Shown here: one piece after another, positions 62,601-64,000 of the stretch
Numbering within the stretch: position 1 is the stretch's first letter
Layout: each line of letters begins with the position of its first letter
From: a virus
Length of the DNA: 64,000 bases
IMG/VR virus record: IMGVR_UViG_3300023178_000019
Location: 1-64,000 of that record
Direction: 5' to 3' (one strand)
Notes under the pieces: generated by a model
What the model saw: only the letters and a program-made list of their open reading frames with translations
Told to the model about the DNA's origin: nothing
Database searches by the model: none
Made by a program: the position numbers and the translations under genes

Positions 62601-64000
62601 ACTTGCTGGGCTCTATCTTCTAACTCAATTCCAATTAATGACTGATAACTAACTGGAGATCTATTATTAAGAACTGTTGAAACAAACTCTTTTAATTTTG
62701 TATAAACCTCTTCGTTAATTTTTTTCTGTTCTTGAACTTCTTGAGAAACATAATTGTTACTTTCAACACTAAATGTGTAAGTATTTACATAATACAAGTT
62801 AGTTGCTGTTGTGGTTTTTAATGTGCCACCTCTTGAAATATCGTAGATTAGTCCGTCAATAATAGTAGCGCAATCTGCTTCTAGATTATCAAAGTTTACA
62901 GATGCGTTACCTTCCATAGTACCTGTATCATCTGTAAGTATTAATGATATACCACCTTGGGTGTCACTAATTCTAAATTCTGTTGAACTTACAATAGCAT
63001 CAACATAATATTGTGTTCCAGCTGTTACGCCGCCTAATGTTCCATCAAATACAATTGGTATGCCGTCACGTAATTTTTCTGTGCTATTACATGTAAAAGT
63101 ACGTGTACCACTTGCAGAAGCAGTTATAGTAACTTTATAATTATTCTTTACCCATGCTGTAGATTCTTTAATTAAGAACTGTTTGTTATTTTTTAGAATA
63201 TCTCTAGTTTGAGGGTTTAAATAACCTTCTCTAATTTGATCTAGTGCATAGCGTACACTTGCCCAAGGTTTGTCGATTGTTAATCCAGATTCTGGTGCAG
63301 GCGTATCTGTACCTAAAGGACCAACATAAACAACATTATCAATTAGTCCATAGTTTGCCCAGTCTGGGAAACCATCTGTTGCACGAAGAATCTGACCATC
63401 AACACCGATTGGTAATCTTGTTGGACCGTTGTTACCAAAGTAAACTAAATCACCTTCTGCTTCGAGTGCTAGTGCTTCAGACCCGATTGTTAAGATATTC
63501 CAATAATCTGCAACTAGATCGTTATCTGGTCTGTTTGCAGTTTCTGATGTGTGTTTTTGTGTACAAATAAATGAACTTGCACCATAAATTACAACATCTC
63601 CTACATGATAATCGTTAGCAGGTACCCAAGTAGATGAATAACCAGTATGTGTAACTGTGTCAATGACACCGCCTGTTTCGCCTGTTACAGTAACTACAAT
63701 GTCGTTTGCAGGAGTTGTTCCTCCAACATCTGCACCTGAAATAGTTATAACATCATTGTCAGCATAACCTGTACCAGCATATCCTGTTGATATACTGACT
63801 GTGTAAACTGTATTTGACTTAACAACATCAAAACGTGCTCCTGAACCACTGCCTGATTCGTTAGTACCAGAAACTTGTGAGAAAGACTCAGTACTTCTTG
63901 TCCAGTTAATACCAGAGTTTAGTCTACTCCAGTAAGTATCGTTCGGTGGTTCAAAATCTAAACTATCTGCAATAGCTACATAGGTATTACCGCCAAGTCT
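53669..64000 (-). CDS. Giant mosaic virion protein (>3440 aa), 5' end beyond the window
   Basis: Frame checked codon by codon: open from 62917 to 64000; CBM-like, beta-helix, helical repeats, SxDGxTW repeats. Confidence 0.85.
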   Translation of the reverse strand, partial: RLGGNTYVAIADSLDFEPPNDTYWSRLNSGINWTRSTESFSQVSGTNESGSGSGARFDVVKSNTVYTVSISTGYAGTGYADNDVITISGADVGGTTPANDIVVTVTGETGGVIDTVTHTGYSSTWVPANDYHVGDVVIYGASSFICTQKHTSETANRPDNDLVADYWNILTIGSEALALEAEGDLVYFGNNGPTRLPIGVDGQILRATDGFPDWANYGLIDNVVYVGPLGTDTPAPESGLTIDKPWASVRYALDQIREGYLNPQTRDILKNNKQFLIKESTAWVKNNYKVTITASASGTRTFTCNSTEKLRDGIPIVFDGTLGGVTAGTQYYVDAIVSSTEFRISDTQGGISLILTDDTGTMEGNASVNFDNLEADCATIIDGLIYDISRGGTLKTTTATNLYYVNTYTFSVESNNYVSQEVQEQKKINEEVYTKLKEFVSTVLNNRSPVSYQSLIGIELEDRAQQVIDFNLTAEEVGAAKANELLDIVVNGIVAGSNTAIALPILPNTTVFIKTGTYNEVLPMILPEYTAVVGDELRTSVVQPQTAIPELANDVNKTTSALNRIKDVADDILQNVEIAKTTGNNVDQQYVNGYAGNTASTNRLNNGVEVITDVLANGLQVVPDLPEVGPTPTSGTNNASDAGFANAVAQLEANRDFIVAEQTAWIQFQVDNTIAPFDALFTFDTANCERDTKYIIDALRYDLTYGGNLETTVAARSYFVNGNPVYGTGKKAETLATYAHLKSIIGDVITETTITPTAGNTETQDTSGTAGSAGAETFADARIQEIYDTIDTDGTLPTPILPDTSWTDTVVQSIVTDFTNVKSSIQTGATNWVNENYPDLDYDQAKCERDIGYIVDALEYDVLFGSTFRSLKAGMSYRRAISSAELVIDSQLEPTLGTIEYTRDRIKYYSTRTAKVDESTNLIIDILENGSGSIPTSYTYTDPTNYDTGFFNARRLITANKDFIISEIDAYMTDNHGAFWVGLDSDSKAQWLEDLDEQIEAVKYDLTYRGNLATIIQSRLFYDLDGAFVRGASQKTETLDAQQRLIDIISDIAQGNAITKSTSNADTQDTNGTAGSLGAGTFAQDRTQEIYNTADTALAPALIKPSTAWTDNALEKLKNVLTERTPVIQDALVDYIDFVYPTLTYNKDLCKRDVGYMIDGIGYDVIFDSNYLSVQNAIAYRRGTVSTELVLNSQLQETLSTVRFLNSAITELTIGVISEPGTRKDGDRAYKLIKDMNTIVQNGLAALPPTVFPTAPGYNTVDFSDTAYATASNTTGVTTTYGDAAAQIVANHAFIQDEIRHWLEDSNNGYDVIWGSISADGQDRCIRDVGYILDAVRYDLTYGGNTQSEIAGSAYYSNFVLTISANELPATLAAYARLKVVVAEVIAETTVTTSPGVTEVQDTSGTPGNAASIEFAEDRVQDVLDYINNGEANTAIEIANSWQQIETTTAYNRILNRKNEIVEDVVFWVEKFHQELEYNQDTCRRDAGLIVDALARDLYTGSNFATTKAGMSYYRLIASALEVVNNELYATVGSMEFMAQKVRRVATVSANASVNLLIEDLTNYINGGKIPVAKWVEPSDADTADVAAASIIWENKAYVTAEVIEFLNQEYPSLTYNQTKCERDVGMLVDALRYDLTYNSNYASVKFAEFYYQKDINGDNELVISEDEKTATLAAYDYAKQIVTGLAVNSAVSPGPLQGYVEPVIRDSLQPVGDAGSLAKVEELMTIVYDSINDQQLRPRVTVTGISSNGFICDVNHNLRVGDIVQFLDEFQDFETYYVKSIVNPTTFTLSGYFNGPTYEADDQNDIIATAYIYQTGSITGVSGTLQQQFTNLTGSLSSIKAAITSFIADKYPTLDYDVAKCERDVGYIVEAVGRDMMNNTNYLTQIVAQAYYRGTQADLVLGAQKNATVQSYRELKNVIATYIDGSALAKKRTNSLMDIIINMLDKGNGNTPEIHGTITYFGDTETINAVDILKANRNFLANEATAWITQSYGGTVTDIEGSPGTIRFTSAHNLIVNDPIVFDENAFGELVAGQTYYVSSIVDTTGVEISDTRGGEPLVLDVASGSSVARYAYDPALCRRDMERYIDAIVYDLQYPGNHKVWKAGELYLNAVNGSEKSDMYHVRNATGVRNQTVNGLRGNLTELNDFGTRRPTAGSYVSLDPGFGPNDTEAWVTNKSCYVQNVTTFGVGCVGCKIDGALHAGGNRSIVSNDFTQVLSDGIGVWCSGNNSLTELVSVFAYYNYSGYLADFGGRIRATNGNSSYGTYGVIAEGTDTGEEPITAIVDNLSQEATIYSVATDGEEEVLGFEFSNAGRDYTNAEFAISGTGFNAAADDDEFRDSAVVETRIIDLNDGNGIGGEDYVTAQNVAQGGDPTYITLAATDFALSNAYSGMNVQITAGSGVGQYAKILRFNNGTKNATVYKPSIEPFTITATTATTNIVTITGNYEHLSVDDPVYLNASVGGLDEGNSPSNVYYVITNNLDGTIQLSDSVGGAAATLITTTGQSVAMYTAGWDNVIPGKAAVAGLDLTTGYTIEPSVHYTEPGFTANNTTTADAIGFDRVDFAMGRYIALPNNGTQTDYSLDGKTWVQAGVLPATGNWSASAFGGGTGATATAVIGGLGGSGAILEAELGEINSIGLPGPTQIARVNVINGGTGFVTAPTIVFTPTAGGGGASAVATVKDGIIQEIIITSTGAGYSQAPTVTAETDKVTEIIVDTKGNNYLTAPTVTITGGGASVQAEVTATLDNRGVATITIDEDNDGILLRGSGYTSQPTVTITDEDARWVAIAPGSTNNAYLTQTDAPGAVWAAGSALPNSNFNDIAFGNGVWVVVGGTGGSGSAGTSTDGENWVSRDNTTPPAGTFVSVAYGGTTFVAINDNGYTSYSSNGITWTVGGALPGSSTNWMKVAYGNGRFVAIGSAGEQAISYDFGQNWSAGSTSLANISSSGWSDVQYGQGLFLASGPIGGTFATSQDGVIWTDRTTGDTAGFAAVAFGNPSNVPIWAAVTSSGSNGAKWIETGARPNGRTYVDTDSIVAFTLREPGSGFTQGSIVSTTAPNTIELNTVSNLFVGQPINFDGDGLAAIGIDSEVKYYISAIAGTDIEISLLDGGASFDIETVAPTAIGTATFAGSPKATIGDPNATIDVAVNSRIRNGALANPTFTNRGAGYTTATAELGGDGNADLYQPSTFIALRGLFELPEPGSNVEFDNIPGSYYKLVTISNVIGQPGSYTATFQISPGLVTLNAPKDGTRVVTTNKYSQVRLTGHDFLYIGTGNQAKTNYPFVDITTADINRQQLSSGGGRVFFTSTDQDGNFNVGGLFGVQQSTGTATLDADAFNLAGLQSLQLGGIAVGIGSAIITQFSTDPFFTENSDSIVPTQRAIKSYITAQIGGGQSSLNVNTLTAGVVFIANDEITTTSGGQLNIKAKMNFTGGIDGAPVALGYFLSR
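57650..62900 (-). repeat. About 10 tandem helical repeats with C-x-R-D-(V/I)-G-Y...D-A...D-L motif (phycobiliprotein-like)
   Basis: In-frame Cys codons at 61937, 61460, 60551, 60026, 59552, 59138, 58415, 57764; two degenerate copies near 62870 and 61030. Confidence 0.8.

Noticed and set aside
57650-62900. Concluding the host is a cyanobacterium from the phycobiliprotein-like repeats
   Set aside because: No photosynthesis or bilin genes in the window; the host cannot be assigned from this sequence
1-64000. Stop-codon reassignment as in some large phages
   Set aside because: Genes are full length in the standard code and TAA, TAG and TGA all terminate recognisable genes

Overview
An AT-rich, gene-dense 64-kb segment of a large T4-like (myovirus-type) bacteriophage genome, mostly encoded on the minus strand. 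It holds: (i) replication/recombination genes (a 187-aa miniature DnaE/Pol III-alpha core, gp62-like, UvsW, UvsY, UvsX/RecA, gp32, dNMP kinase); (ii) packaging and virion genes (terminase large and probable small subunit, gp4, gp13/14/15, tail tube, enlarged tail sheath, subtilase, fibres, and a >3400-aa virion protein running off the right edge); (iii) an unusually complete glycan toolkit: CMP-Kdo synthesis (kdsA, kdsB), ADP-heptose synthesis (hldE, hldD, gmhB), about 9 glycosyltransferase-like domains including a GT9 heptosyltransferase, two sulfotransferases, two methyltransferases and a carbamoyltransferase; (iv) a YhhQ preQ0/preQ1 transporter and 2OG-Fe(II) oxygenases. Regulatory signals are readable: consensus sigma70 promoters, T4-like late TAAATA boxes (often 4-5 nt before ATG, implying leaderless mRNAs) and intrinsic terminators. 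The most striking observation is about 10 tandem ~140-175-aa repeats in the giant virion protein that resemble the bilin-binding helix of phycobiliproteins; 8 keep Cys-x-Arg-Asp, and the central eight repeats alternate in two types. Next are a late-promoter GT9/carbamoyltransferase module beside Cys-rich and Ser/Thr-rich fibres, and the minimal C-family polymerase. All assignments come from motif recognition by eye; no searches were run. No tRNA, rRNA, CRISPR array or integrase was seen.
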